Positions 50,330 through 63,184 of a stretch of 64,000 nt of DNA are shown in pieces. The stretch is from positions 53,198,001 to 53,262,000 of the forward strand of contig CM059432.1 of the NCBI GenBank assembly GCA_030390025.1, written 5' to 3'. How positions within the stretch are numbered: the first letter of the stretch is position 1; each line of letters opens with the position of its first letter. The position numbers and the translations under genes were made by a program. The notes below the pieces were generated by a model. The model was not told where the DNA came from. It saw nothing but the letters and a program-made list of their open reading frames with translations, and did not search any database. Source of the DNA: Squalus acanthias. Taxonomy: Eukaryota.

Positions 50330-50627
50330 TCATCTAGAGCCATCCTTTGTTTCTTAACCTGTCCCATTACCATCTTCTTTTGCCTTGAATATCTCTTAAT
50401 GTCTCTTAACTTCTCCTGCCTTCTATCCTATCACAGACCTTCCCTTTTGTTCTTTCATCCCCTCCCCCATTTCCCAGCTCCTACACTTGCTTAAAAATCT
50501 GTTCCATTTCCTGCTTTTTTCCAGTTCTGACGAAAGGTCATCAACCTGAAACGTTAACTCTGCTTCTCTCTTCACAGATGCTGCCTGACCTGCTGAGTAT
50601 CTCCAGCATTTTCTGTTTTTATTTCAG
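50330..50627 (+). mobile_element. Penelope-like family B insert with pyrimidine-rich leader
   Basis: Contains a hammerhead core followed by cacagatgctgcctgacctgctgag, shared with 43307 and 60540. Confidence 0.8.
50523..50559 (+). ncRNA. Predicted minimal type-I hammerhead ribozyme
   Basis: AGUU-CUGACGA-A-AGGU(CAUCA)ACCU-GAAA-C-GUU^-AACU, with palindromic AACGUU stem III. Confidence 0.7.
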
Positions 50628-52029
50628 AGTTTTGGATGAGTTCAAGTTAATGGAGGCGGAAGGCCGGCCCGGAGAGCATTCGAATAGTCAAGCCTAGAGG
50701 AAACAAAAGCATGGATACAGGTTTCAGCAGCAGATGAGCAAATGCTTAATGTGATTGTATTCCATTCCTGTGTGTGCTTTGTTTATGCAGTGTTAACTCA
50801 TTTAAAACCAACGGGTTGACGCCTGTGTAAAAATAGTGAATGCAGGAATGTATTACCAGCGAGTTAATTGTTTGTTTATGAATTCGCCGATTGGAATTTC
50901 TACCCTTTAATCTTTTCAACCTTGAGTCTTGCTTTCACAAATTAAATAAAACTGTTTCTGTCAGATACTGTTGTGAAACTATAAAACAAATCACAGGCAA
51001 TTGAATATAAATGTTATTACCATATTAAAGAAATAAAACAATGCAGGTAGTCATACTCCAATGTTATTAATGAGCTCAAAGATGTTCGTCTCACATGTCG
51101 GGGTCAGTTTCAATATGCACTTCACCTTATGGCAAGACTCGTCCTAGTGTGATAAGTGCTAAATTTTCCTTTATGATTGCTTGGTAGATAATGTAAAATG
51201 GTGTTGGGAGGGGAGGTAGGTGCCAATCATTTTATCTAACTCAAACTAAAACAAATTCTAAAGGGACAAGTCAATACCCTGACAGTCCCACTGTGTAAAT
51301 AAGATGCACAAGCCTTAACCTTCTACGTATGTCTGGTGAGAATCATTTCCTAACATTTACAAACCTAAGAAAAGGTCACTGCACAAGTATAAATCACAGA
51401 CTAATAAAAATATTGTCAAGACAAGAATGATTTTTGAGTTCTCTCTATTAGACCCAAATCTCAAACCAAATTTCTAAATAGGGCTCAAGAACTGACCTTT
51501 TCACTTTAAGTCTTTGCAGGTTTGTGAGGAAGCTCATCAACAGCTGTAACTTCCTTTGTATTGCTGCAGCTAATGTAAAATCCAGGCTTTAAATTGCACT
51601 GTGTATTAGTTGTTCACCACATTTTACAGTTGCTGCTTCAAAACACAAACCTTGTATTTTGTATTAGTGGAAAGAAGGCCTCACCACAGTCTTTATTTCC
51701 AGGTCCTTGGTACAATAACCTTAATTATCATTTCTATGTTCTTTTCTCACGGTGATCTTTCACTCTAGAATCTTCAGCCTGTTGTTCTATCGGTGCTGCT
51801 TTCAGTTATTGGCCCAGCACTGACTCTCTCACTCCACTCCTGCCACAACCAATTGAAATGCAGCAGATATAGGAACAGTGATGTGCAGTGCAGCAGATGC
51901 AGGAATGGAGGGTTCAAACCACACTGTCTTTCACTGCTCTGGTTAGAGAGTAAGCCTCACAATGGGCACGTATCTTTACCAAAACAATTTACACCGGACC
52001 TGGTTGATTGGTTGTTGATGATGATTGAT

Positions 52030-53208
52030 GATATTTTCAGAAGGCATTCAATAAAGTGCCACACAATAGGTTACACAAGGTTAGGGCTCATGGGATTGGG
52101 GGTAATATATTAGCATGGATTGAGGATTGGTTAACGGACAGAAAACAAAGAGAAGGGATAAACGGATCATTTTCAGGATGGCAGGGTGTAATGAGTGGAA
52201 TGCCGCAAGGATCAGTGCTTGGGCCTCACCCATTTACAATCTATATCAATGACTTAGATGAGGGGATCGAGTGCAATGTATCCAAGTTTGCTGATGATAC
52301 AAAGCTAGGTGGGAAAGTAAGCTGTGAGGAGGACATAAAAAGGCTGCAATGGGATATAGACTGGTTAAGTGATTAGGCAAGAAGGTGGCAGATGGAGTAT
52401 AACGTGGGGAAGTTTGAAATTATCCATTTTGGTAGGAAGAATGGAAAAGCAAAACATTTTTTAAAAGCTGAGAGATTAGTAAATGTTGGGATTCAGAGGG
52501 ATTTGGGCATCCTTGTACACGATTCACAGAAAGTTAACATGCAGCTACAACAAGCAATTAGGAAGGCAAATGGTATGTTAGCCTTTATTGCAAGGAGGTT
52601 GTGGTATAGGAGTCAGGAAGTCTTGCTGCAATTATATAGGTTTTTGGTGAGACCACACCTGGAGTACTGTGTACAGTTTTGGTCTCCTTACTTAAGGAAG
52701 GATATACTTAACTTAGACGGGTGCGCAATGAAGATTCCCTAGATTGATTCCAGAGATTAGAGGGCTGTCCTTTGAGGAGAGATTGAGTAGAATGGGTCTA
52801 CATTCTCTGGAGTTTAGAAGAATGAGAGGTGATCTCATTGAAACCTATAACATTTTTAGAGGGCTTGAGCTGGTAGATGCGGAGAGGCTGTTTCCCTGGC
52901 TGGAGAGTCTAGAACTAGGGGTCATAGTCTCAGGTTAAGAACTGAGATGAGGAGAAATTTCTTCACACAGAGAGTTGTGAATCTTTGGAATTCTCTATCC
53001 CAGAGGGCTGTGGATACTCAGTTGTTGAGCATATTCAAGACTGAGATCGATAGATTTTTGGACACTAAGTCAATCAAGGAATTTGGGGATAGGGCGGGGA
53101 AGTGGAGTTCATGTAAAGGTTCAGCCATGATCTTATTGAATGGCGGAGCAGGCTCGAGCACCCATATGGCCTACTCCTGCTCCTATTTCTAATGTTCTTA
53201 TGTTCTTA
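52030..53208 (+). mobile_element. 5'-truncated CR1 LINE, degraded
   Basis: RT motifs in ORFs 52056-53192. 3' stem-loop and atgttcttatgttctt tail. Confidence 0.93.
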
Positions 53209-55446
53209 TTAAGTCCAGTATGGGGCAACAGCTGCTGGATGGCATTACCTGGGGGCCAGATAGAAGAAGCACTCATATATCCAGGGATTTGGCACCTACA
53301 ATTGTTTGATTGCACAGAGGCAAGCAGATGATGCTGAAGCTCCAAAACTCCAAGCAGTGAAGCCTCAGTCTAATAGTATATGGTGTGTTTCATGCATTCA
53401 GCAGCAGGATGGTGGAAATGCACTATACATTTTATAGTGCGTTATGGTGCTCGCCCTGCCACTTGTGCGGAGTTCCTGGTACCTATTGTTCACCTAGTAA
53501 TGACTCAAACGCACACTTATTAATTTTTTAATTGACAAAATAGTTGCTATTTTCCTTGGGGAGGAGGTTTGCAGGACGTCTTGGCAGCTGATTCGCGACA
53601 CCAGTTTTATATCTGGCAGCAAGCTGGAAATCTTTGCCTTTGTACTCGGTACAGATGGATTTAGGACTTTAGGAGCTGCTTACCAAATAGAATTACAAAC
53701 CAATTCACCCATAACACATGCTAGAGTTGAAGAATTGTATTTAATTTAAAATCAGCATCCACCATGTTTTGTCTCTTTCACAGTAAAGCACTGCTATACA
53801 AAGTTCAAGCTACTGATGGTGATGCAAGATAGCAGAATTGAAATTATTGATATATATATATGTAATAAAAAGTGTATGTAACATGGAATTTCAACCTTAG
53901 GGTACAATACCATTAATAGAGATGAAAAGTCAAAAATGATGTATTACTTTGATAATATACAAAAGTTGCTGCATAATACTGTCTACAATACATTATCCCT
54001 GATGATGCAGTGTAGTGACATTGTTAAAAATTTCAGTCACAAAATGCAGCTCCTTAACTCTCCCTCTGTGCTAGTGCAGTAAAAATTCAACCATCTCTGT
54101 GTTTGTAAAACTGTCCTTTATATCAGTTTTGCTGTGACATGTTAATATATTTCAGTTTAAATACAATATAAAGCACCGACAAAGGGATAAAAGTCCTGGT
54201 GCTCATTTTAAAACTCGTCAGAACTCCAAAATGTGGACTTATTTGCTGGTTTTCAGATTTGTATGTGTTAGAAGATTATCCACTGTTGATTTAAAGGGCC
54301 TGAATCCCTCCATTTTCTCCCCAGTTTCCCCAGGCCACAAACTGAATATGTCCAAGAGGTGATCTTCTCCCAAGTGCCACCAATGCTCCTCCAAGCCAAT
54401 AGTAGAGAAGTTCCTGAAAGTGTCTAGGTGACGATTCTCTTTGGTCTTCTCTTGGTGATCTCTCAAACAGTATGGGAGAGTTTGGGAAGTGAGAACAGAG
54501 GAGGCTAAACCTGTATGTCGTTATACTTTGGAATTGTGCATTGCTGCATCAACACACAGATTCATCAAGATTTCCTACTATCCTCACAGCGCTTATTGTA
54601 TAATGATTTACACATTTACTATTTATTATCAACTTATTCCATTTCAGGGAAATAATAATGCATTGAAAGTCTGAACTGTTTTTGAGCATACCCACACTCC
54701 ACAAAATATGAACTTCTCTACATTTCAGATCATCTGCTTAGGCCTGATATTCCCCTGGCACAGGCCTGCCTCTTGGTAGGGGCTTCAGTTTTGAAATAGG
54801 AAGACTAATGTTGAAGAATAGCAGCCAGAAGATTTCCAGCCCCAATGGTCATCCTACTGGCCCTGTAAAAAAAAGGTTCTCACTTTTTTGGATCATCTGT
54901 GTGCTTGCTGCCTGTCTCTATGATTAGAGGTGGCTGGCTGCTTGGCCGCAAAACTCGAGGATTTAGCGCTGGTCGTTAAGGCCGGTTTTGCTGAAAAAAT
55001 GGCGGCCGCCTCGCTTCCACTCACTTCTGGTGGGTCCCGCGACGGCCGCCATTTTGGGGAGGTCGGTAGCGCTGCCGTTGCCTGCGCCCCCTTCACATAT
55101 TTAGATAAGGCAGATCGTGACGTCAATGAGTGTGCAGTGCTGATTTGATGCACAATTTGCCATTGTGGACGTCGCCACTCCATTTAACGCCCTCTCCTAA
55201 CCACGACCAGCTGACCATGCCTTCTGCAGCAGGAAGGACCCCCCCAGCAGTGCTATTTAAAGAGATCATCAACAACTTGCAGCTGACTTGCTTTTTCATT
55301 TCTACTAGCTCTGTCTAAGTTTATGCAACTGTTTGGAGCTTTCTAGAGTTGTTTAAAGTTGCTGAGGTGACAGGGAGTGTTGCTGCAAGTGAAGAACGCC
55401 TTGATTCTCATTTAAAGGCTTCTACTCATACCACTTGCTCACAGTC

Positions 55447-56660
55447 ATGGAGCTCTACTTGCAGTCCCCCTCGCGCTTCGAGTATGAAAGGGAGGTGGAG
55501 CGAAGGCAGTGAAGAAGAGGACAAGTTGGTTGTAGAGAGAGGAGAGGGGGCAGGAGGGCTCTCAGCAGGAGGCCTTACACACCTAGGGTGCTGCGAGAGC
55601 ACTTTTCCTACCTGCACAATCCAGGAGCAGTGTATTAGGAGGCTCTGCTTCACCAAGGAGGTGATCACAGAACTCTGCCACCTCCTAAAACCAGACCTGC
55701 AGCCTGAGAGCAGGGTGACCACGACTCTCCCAGTGGCCTGTCAAGGTCACCGTAGCCCTGAATTTCTTCGCCAGCGGATCCTTCCAGTCTGTAGCAGGAG
55801 ACATAGCTAACATCTCCCAGTTCACCGTCCATCGCTGCATCCGGGAGTTCACAGAGGCTCTCTACTCCAGGAAAAGGGACTCAGTGTCTTCTCTCTGAAC
55901 AGAGAGAAGCAGGGCGAGCACGCATGTGGCTTTGCCAGGATAGCGTGCTCCCCCATGGTGCAGGGCGCCATCGACTGCACGCACATGGCTTTGCGTTCAC
56001 TGTATACCAATCCTGAGATGTTCTGTAACCGCAAAGGCTACTACTCACTTAATGTACAGTTGTTGTGCGACCACGCCCACCGCATCCTAATGGTCAATGC
56101 CCGCTATCCTGGCAGCAGTCATGATCCCTTCATCCTGCGCCAGTCGGTTGTGCCAGCAATCATCCAGCCACCACGTCAAACTCGAGGATGGTAGCTTGGA
56201 GACAAGGGCTTTCCATTCTGCACCTGGCTGATGACCCCCCTCCCCAACCCCACCACTTGTGGCCAGCACTCATATAATGACAACCATACTGCCACGAGAA
56301 AAGTAATTGAACAGACTATCAGGGTGCTCAAGCAACGGTTCCGCTGCCTTGATCGCTTGGGAGGAGCCCTCTAGTACACACTAGAGTGGGTGTCGCATTT
56401 CGTGGTGGCCTGCTGCATGCTCCACAACTTGGCCATCATGAACGCGCAGTCCTCGCCACCATGGGTTCTGGGACCACCTCAGGAGGAGGAGGAGGAGGAG
56501 GAGGAGGAGGAGGAAAAGGAAGAGGAAGAGGAAAAGGAAGAGGAGGAGGAAGAGGAGGAGGAAGAAGAGGAGGAGGAAGAGGAAGGGAGGAGGCAGGCAG
56601 CACATCCCTGTTCTGGATGGGCTGTCCGTGAGTGCCTCATCAGACTCCGGTTCCAGCGAA
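55447..56660 (+). pseudogene. Harbinger DDE transposase pseudogene
   Basis: GAIDCTHMA, NRKGYYSLNVQL.CDH, YPGSSHD, *LGDKG and ACCMLHN. Several stops and frameshifts. Long poly-Glu tail. Confidence 0.9.
56482..56584 (+). repeat. (GAG/GAA)n purine tract encoding poly-Glu
   Basis: Directly visible in sequence. Confidence 0.9.
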
Positions 56661-56865
56661 CCAAACCTCAGATCCCCATTGCTCACCACTTCCCCATCTT
56701 ACCACCCCTCTGTCACGAAACATCACAGCGTCCTCCTGGGCACAAAGCTGAATTGAGAGCCACCACAAAGCACACGTTCCAAACATAATTTATAAATTTT
56801 TCAAATTCAAATTAAAAGAATAAAGTCAACTAATCACCCTTGTGCATTCCCTTGGTGTCTGTCTT

Positions 56866-58304
56866 TTATGTGCCTTTTCCGACTCTAATGCTCCAACAAA
56901 GTGCTCCCCCAGTGGCTGCAGCATGGCTGCTGGAAGGCTGCTGACTTTCAGTGTGGGTGACTACAAATGGCCTTGCAGGACGCCCTCAACCAGCTCTGGA
57001 CCTAGAAGGCCCGGCTGTAGACTGCACCACCTCGGCATAGGTGGCAGCAGTCTGGGCTGGCTGGATGACAGGCAGCAGCAAGGGCACTGGCGGAGTGGCA
57101 GTAGTGGGAGTAGGAATGCTGTCATCCTGAGAGAGGACAGCAGATTCTTGCTCCACGGAGCCACTCCTACTCCCCAGGCGGTGCCCCAGTATTTTTAACC
57201 ATCTGTTGGAGCACAGATTACTGGACTGCTGTGACACCCTGCAAGCTCCTTTCGACACTCATGAACCCAGCCACGATAGCAGCAGTCTGAGCTTCGTGGC
57301 AGCATGCTGAGCCTGCAGGAGAGCAGTCTGCGCTTCCACTGCAGCACTGAGACATTAGGTCATTTCCGCCGGTGCTGCAATGGAAGCAGCGAGATTGCCC
57401 ATCACACTCAGCATCAGAGTTGGGTCCACAAGGTCTCTCATGGAGTTGCCCATCATTTCCATCCTGGAAGTCATGGGCTCCAAGCTCCGCACAAAGCCCG
57501 TGCAATGTTGGAGCCGGACTCCTCCAAGCTCCTTGACAGTGACAAGAGGCTCTCTGGCAGGCTTGCCTTTGCACCAAACATTTCTGTGTGCATGCCCATC
57601 ACTCTTCTTCTGAAGGCCGCTCAATTGAAATCATCATCTGAGACCTGTGGAGCAGAACTCGTGTGTGAACTCGCACTCCGGGGAGCCCCTTCAATGATGT
57701 CACTGTTTTCTCCAGGTCTGTCAAGTTGTCAAGTCTTGCTTGACCGTCTCCCGTCCGCTGGAGCCCTCTCCAGTTGGGAGCCACCTTGGCCTGCAAGAGA
57801 AAGGGAAGTGTGTCCGTGAGTGTGGTGCAATAATGTTTGGGTGATGTACCTGCCATGGTTGAATAGCTGGCAGTGTGTGCAAGGTGTGAGATGTGGGTGT
57901 GTGTGTTGCAGCAGTGGTAAGTGTGTGAAGGTGAAGTGAAGCTATGATTGTGAGGTATGAGTAGTGATAGCTATAGATTGTTGGTAGATGAGTGATGGGG
58001 GTGGTGCATTAAGCATTGTTATGTAGATGGTGGGATATGGCATTTGCTGATGCATTCACTCACCTTGACCACTCGTGTGAGGTCATTAAACCTTCTGTGG
58101 CACGGGATCCAGGTCATGGGGACAACACTTGTCACAGTGACGGATTAAGTGATCTCCTCCCAGATCCTTCTTGTAGTCATCCTTGATGGCCTCATTGCCC
58201 CCCTGCGGGTAGAGAACGTCCCGGCATCATTGGACCCCCCGGAAGAAAGCCTCCAGTGCTGCATCAGAAAATCATTTCACCCTTTCTCTCGACTGTAGGG
58301 CCAT
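56866..58304 (-). pseudogene. Harbinger Myb/SANT-like partner pseudogene (exon ~58304-58064, intron, then from 57790)
   Basis: MALQSRERVK*FSDAALEAF...TWIPCHRRFNDLTRVVK|gtgagt; cttgcag|AKVAPNWR. Confidence 0.75.
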
Positions 58305-59314
58305 GGTTTCCTTTCAACTTGACAATGAGGTGCTTCTGCAACAAATCACCTCGCCTTTAAGTAGTGGAGACAGCCTAGGACAAACTTTATTGGCCAGTAG
58401 ACTGCACCCAATATTGCCCCCCCGCCCCCGCCCCCTATGAGCGCAAAGCTAATCAGCAGCGTGTTTAGCACTGAAATCAGAGCTACAATCATGTAAATAA
58501 GCAGGCAGCATGAATTTTGCATTTTGCCTGCACCACTTAAAATGGGCACAGGCAAATAGTGTCAGGCGATGCTCCCGCCCATTTTCAGGCCTTATCCAAT
58601 TACTAGGCCAAGACCCAGAGGCAAGGGTTCCATTCAGCAGACATCCAGCGTGTCTGCAAAGCAAACCAGGCCACGTCCTCACTGAACTCTGATAGATGCA
58701 TCAGAGGGCAGATGCTGCAGGACACCTTCATTGACTGATCAACTGCAGCAGTACCTCAGCCTTAGCTTCTTCTACGCATCCTATCAGATGACACCACAGC
58801 AGACCTTTTTAGACAAGCAAGGACCTTGCCAGGAATCTTCACCTGTGCAAAGAAGTCTGAATGTACTGCATTGCTTATTTCCCGTGCATAAGTGGGCATA
58901 ATGGTGCCAATTTGGACTGATGCCATTAAGTGATTTGGTGGAAATTGCCAGCAAAACCACTTCTTGGCTGCTTACCACTTGTTGAAAAGTGTTCTGCTAC
59001 TTCCAGGAGTCTGTAGAGTGTTTTAAAAGACTATTGGATGGAAATTTCCTGGAGGTGGGTGTATCAGCAATTTACACAGTTTCTACACTCAAGTTACACC
59101 AGAGTTGCACCCAGAATATTTAAATTAACGTACCCAAGGAAATTTGCATGTTGCTTGCTCCGCTGGTCAGCTTTTTGACGCAAGTACAGCGTAATTGAGG
59201 AAATTCAGTGTCGTTGTCTTAGTTTGGGCAATTTCAACCAAACACATCTTTAATTTAATTGACCTTCTGATCAGAAACAAGAGGTTTTTTTTTACCTTCA
59301 GCCCAATAGACTAC

Positions 59315-59902
59315 CTCAAAGCACTGGAGAGGTACCACCAAGGCTGCCTCCGCAAGATCCTGCAAATCCATTGGCAGGATAGGCGCACCAACGTCAGTGT
59401 TCTCGCTCAGGCCAACATCCCCAGCATCGAAGCTTTGACCACGCTCGATCAGCTCCGATGGACGGGTCACATTGTCCGCATGCCCGATACGAGACTCCCA
59501 AAACAAGCGGTCTACTCGGAGCTCCGACACGGCAAGAGAGCCCCAGGTGGGCAGAGGAAATGCTTCAAGGACACCCTCAAAGTCTCCTTGAAAAAGTGCA
59601 ACATCCCCACCGACACCTGGGAATCCCTGGCCCAAGACCGTACAAAGTGGAGGAGAAGCATCCGGGAAGGCGCCGAATACCTCGAGTTTCTTCGCCGGGA
59701 GCAAGCGGAAGCCAAGCGCAAACAGCAGAAGGAGCGCACGTCAACCCAAGCACCCCACCCACCCGCCCCTTCAACCACCATCTGCTCCACCTGTGACAGA
59801 GACTGTAGGTCCCGCATTGGACTCATCAGTCACCTGAGAACTCATTTTTAATGTGGAAGCAAGTCATCCTCGGTTCCGAGGGACTGCCTAAGAAGAAGAA
59901 GA
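59315..59902 (+). mobile_element. RTE-clade LINE 3' fragment
   Basis: LRKILQIHWQD, LRWTGHIVRM...PKQ..YSEL..GKR..G, C2H2 finger CSTC...HLRTH. (AAG)n tail. TSD agactac. Confidence 0.92.
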
Positions 59903-59992
59903 AGACTACAGGAAATGTTTTATGGTATATTGGAGTATAAGTTCATCTTGGACCGTAGCACAAAATGGGCCATAGTGAATTAGCAACCAGTT

Positions 59993-60068
59993 TTATAATG
60001 CTCCTGTGAAGTGCCTTGGGACGGTTTACTATGTTAAAGGTGCTATATAAATACAAGTTGTTGTTTTT
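59993..60068 (+). mobile_element. L2 3' tip
   Basis: gctcctgtgaagtgccttgggacg...gctatataaatacaagttgttg. Confidence 0.8.
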
Positions 60069-60539
60069 GATGTTGTGCATATAACTGCTATTTAAGACAA
60101 AGCAAGCAACAATAGAAAACAAAGGAAACATTTTTTTAAATCAAATTATAATGCAATAATGGCGTTATGACTTTAATGACGTCAAGGTGTTGTGCACTGA
60201 TCAACAATAGTAAAAAGCTCTGCTATCAACGCTGGTGATGATGTCTCTCTGAAATATCCAAAGCTCCATCGGTCACTCTCTGCAGAGAGCAAGCGATTAT
60301 ATCCTCTGATTATTCTGTGAAAAATCCATCAGCTGTTTAATTGTACCCACAAGCTACAATATTCTATTTTGATTCATAGAGTGCAGTGAAATTATAAATT
60401 TTGTAGCAACTGAATCCTAATTTTGTGGCACGAAAAAGTAATTATCACTGCGGTGTCATCCTTTGTCCTCATTTCAAGTTCTCGTGCTTTGGAAATAAGG
60501 CCAGAGAGCAAACAAAATAACTTTTCTTCTATATAAACT

Positions 60540-60674
60540 CTGATGAAAGGTCATCGACCTGAAACGTCAACTCTCTTTCTCTCTCCACGGATGCTGCCTG
60601 ACCTGCTGAGTTTTTCCAGCGTTTTCTGTTGTTATTTCGGATTTCCAGCATCCGCAGTATTTTGCTATCGTATT
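60540..60674 (+). mobile_element. Penelope-like family B insert starting at the hammerhead core
   Basis: CTGATGA-A-AGGTC(ATC)GACCT-GAAA-C-GTC-AACT followed by the shared downstream sequence. The 5' strand of stem I is missing. Confidence 0.8.
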
Positions 60675-62041
60675 AGTGTCTAGGAAGTCATGTTTTAGAT
60701 TTGCTCAAAAACCTGTGTGATACTTGGCCTGCAGCCTAACAATTATTTCAGTCAAAAGGTGGCCAATAAATTTGACAATGTTGTAGTAAATGGGAATGTG
60801 GCTGTAGGTAAAAACTAGCCAGTACAGAAGATCAAACACCCTGGCAGCTTGTATGCATTCTGCCTAGACGGTAACTACATTACACAGACCCTCTGGTCTT
60901 TGAAACATAGTTGGCATTCATTTAAACTTCCAAATACAAAAGATATATATTTAATTTGAAATGTATTTTTCATTTAATTATATTCCAGACCATGTCTATT
61001 ATTTTTTTAAAATCCTATGCCATTTGTTCTTGTTCAGATTGTCATTGTCTTGTTCCACAGAAGAAAAAAAACAGACACTGAAGTTGTTTAAGGATCTGAA
61101 AAATATTGCAGAGAAAAAAATAAAACAAAATACAATTTTTGTCTGCTTTGTTCCTTATTCTTTCACTTGTATGTTTTCCCTTTCTTTGCCTATCATAACA
61201 GTAACAATAACAGGTATCCACATATTTTCCAGCAGTTTTTCTGTGCCTGAATCTAACTGGTGATAACAGATCAAATTCAGTGCCCTTATTTCTAGCCCAA
61301 AGGATTGTACAGCTCAATGATATACCCTTGGAGGCCAATATATCCTTCCTGCGGTTTGGTGCCCAAAATGATGGGGTCTGACCAAGGCTCTGTACAACTT
61401 ACATGTCCCTTCCTCACTTTTGCTTTCCACTCCTGCTCCTCCTGGTCCCATAAGGAAAGTAAAAAAAAAAGTAAAAATTAGCTTTTTGGGTCTCTCCTGG
61501 CCCATATCTTCTTCCCACTAAGTTGGCCTGGTGAGAAACTCACTGCAGCTTCCCACTCAGCCTACAAAATTAAAATTGCGGTTGGTTCCCAATATGTCAT
61601 TGTGACCAGACGTGCCCCTGTAAAGAATGACCCCGCAAGCTTCGGGTGGGTGTCCTTGCCACCTGCTCAGTTGAGCAGGTTAACTTTACGACCGGTGAAC
61701 TCCCTGCGGCTCCAGAGTGGTTAAGTAGCCTGGGTGATTTTAACTTCACATCCACCTGGTTTCCACCAGGTGGGTAGGGTTAAACTTGCCCTTATATTTC
61801 CCAGCAATTAATAAGAAGTTCTGCAGCAAAAAATAGGCGCCTAGTTGTAAACTGTACAGGTTGTGTATGGCTGGCAACCTGTCAACTCCTGGTTTCTGCT
61901 TGATGATGAATTCTGGAGCACTATGAGGGTCGGGTCACCTCTTTTAATCATCAGTGGCTCAAATTTCACAAGATCTGGCAAAAGTGACATTTATTTGAAT
62001 ATTCAATAAGGTTTGCAGCAAATGTAGATGACCACTGAGTC

Positions 62042-62505
62042 AGAATCATAGAATCATAGAATGATACCGCACAGAAGGAGGCCATTTGGCCCATCATGTT
62101 TGTGCCGGATCTTTGAAAGAGCTATCCAGCTAGTCCCATTTCCCTGCCCTTTCCCTATAACCATGCAAACTTTCCCCTTCATGTATTTATCCAATTCCCT
62201 TTTGAAAGTTATTATTGAATCTGTTTCCACCACCCTTTCAGGCAGTGGATTCCAGATCATAACAACTTAATGCATAAAAAAGTTTCTCCTCATCTCGCCT
62301 CTGATTCTTTTGCCAATTACCTTGAATCTATGTCCTCTGGTTACCAACCCTTGTGACACTGGAAACAGTTTCTCCTTATTTACGCTATCAAAATCCTTCA
62401 ACATTTTAAACACCTCTATTAAATTGCCCTTAACATTCTCTGCTCTGAGAAGAACAATCTCAATTTCTCTAGTCTGTCCACGTAACTGAAGTCCTGGATC
62501 CCTGT
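62042..62505 (-). mobile_element. CR1 LINE 3' fragment
   Basis: (AGAATCAT)n tail. IWNPLPERVVETDSI.TFKRELD. Confidence 0.88.
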
Positions 62506-63184
62506 ATTAATTAAAATACCCAAAAATATGATTCTGATGTGAATGTCCTTTTGAACAACATTGCCTTCTGTACAAGGAGACATGTAACTGACTTGTATCC
62601 ATTGGCTAACAGGTTTGGAGTCAATGTAAATATGAATCTCTACAATGAATAGAATGTGTTAACAACAGTCAATTATATGTGGGAAATGCCATGCTATACT
62701 TTTCCTTTTTGTCTGTGACTGTTAACAAATCAAAAGACAACATAGTTGGGTAGTCCAGATTACCTATTAAACTGACAATTGGACTGTCGAGGAGTTGGAA
62801 TTTAAAACAGCTTTATATTCTTGGAAGTTTTACCAATAGTAAGTCATCTTCAAGAAGTGAAATAAGTTGCGTGGGTTATATATGATTTGATGGACAGAGT
62901 GGACTCAATAAACTGAATGGCCTTTTTTTGTTCCATACTTTCTTTTGCCTCCATCGCTGCCTCCATGGCTTGTTACAATGGCACTTGAAAGCAAGTGACA
63001 GGTAGGCTTAATATATATATCTCAAATCAACTTGGTTGTTTATCAGGTATTAATAGATCCAATTTCCCTGCTCATCTAGTAGGGTGTAAGTGTCCAGTGT
63101 CTATAGTGAGCCAAGGATTCATTGGCTGATCTCTATGGAAGTCTAACCCATTCATCTAACTCAGTCTTGACTGGTCTAATGGTT

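Larger units (their letters stand above)
49868..50740 (-). mobile_element. L2 LINE 3' fragment, interrupted at ~50330-50627
   Basis: Homologous to 23431-24190 and 27706-27790. ORF 50061-50333 contains FKILILVFKS and GGRAFSCLGPKL. Confidence 0.88.
54741..58591 (+). mobile_element. Two-gene PIF/Harbinger transposon (possibly composite)
   Basis: TIR GGCCTGATATT / ATTTTCAGGCC. Canonical TTA TSD (54738-54740 and 58592-58594). Convergent transposase and Myb genes. Confidence 0.8.

Noticed and set aside
53764..53831. Acceptor-like site followed by KALLYKVQATDGDAR, resembling a cadherin repeat motif
   Set aside because: Immediate stop codon, only a weak donor, and no other convincing cadherin exon in the window. 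Would need tblastn or RNA-seq.
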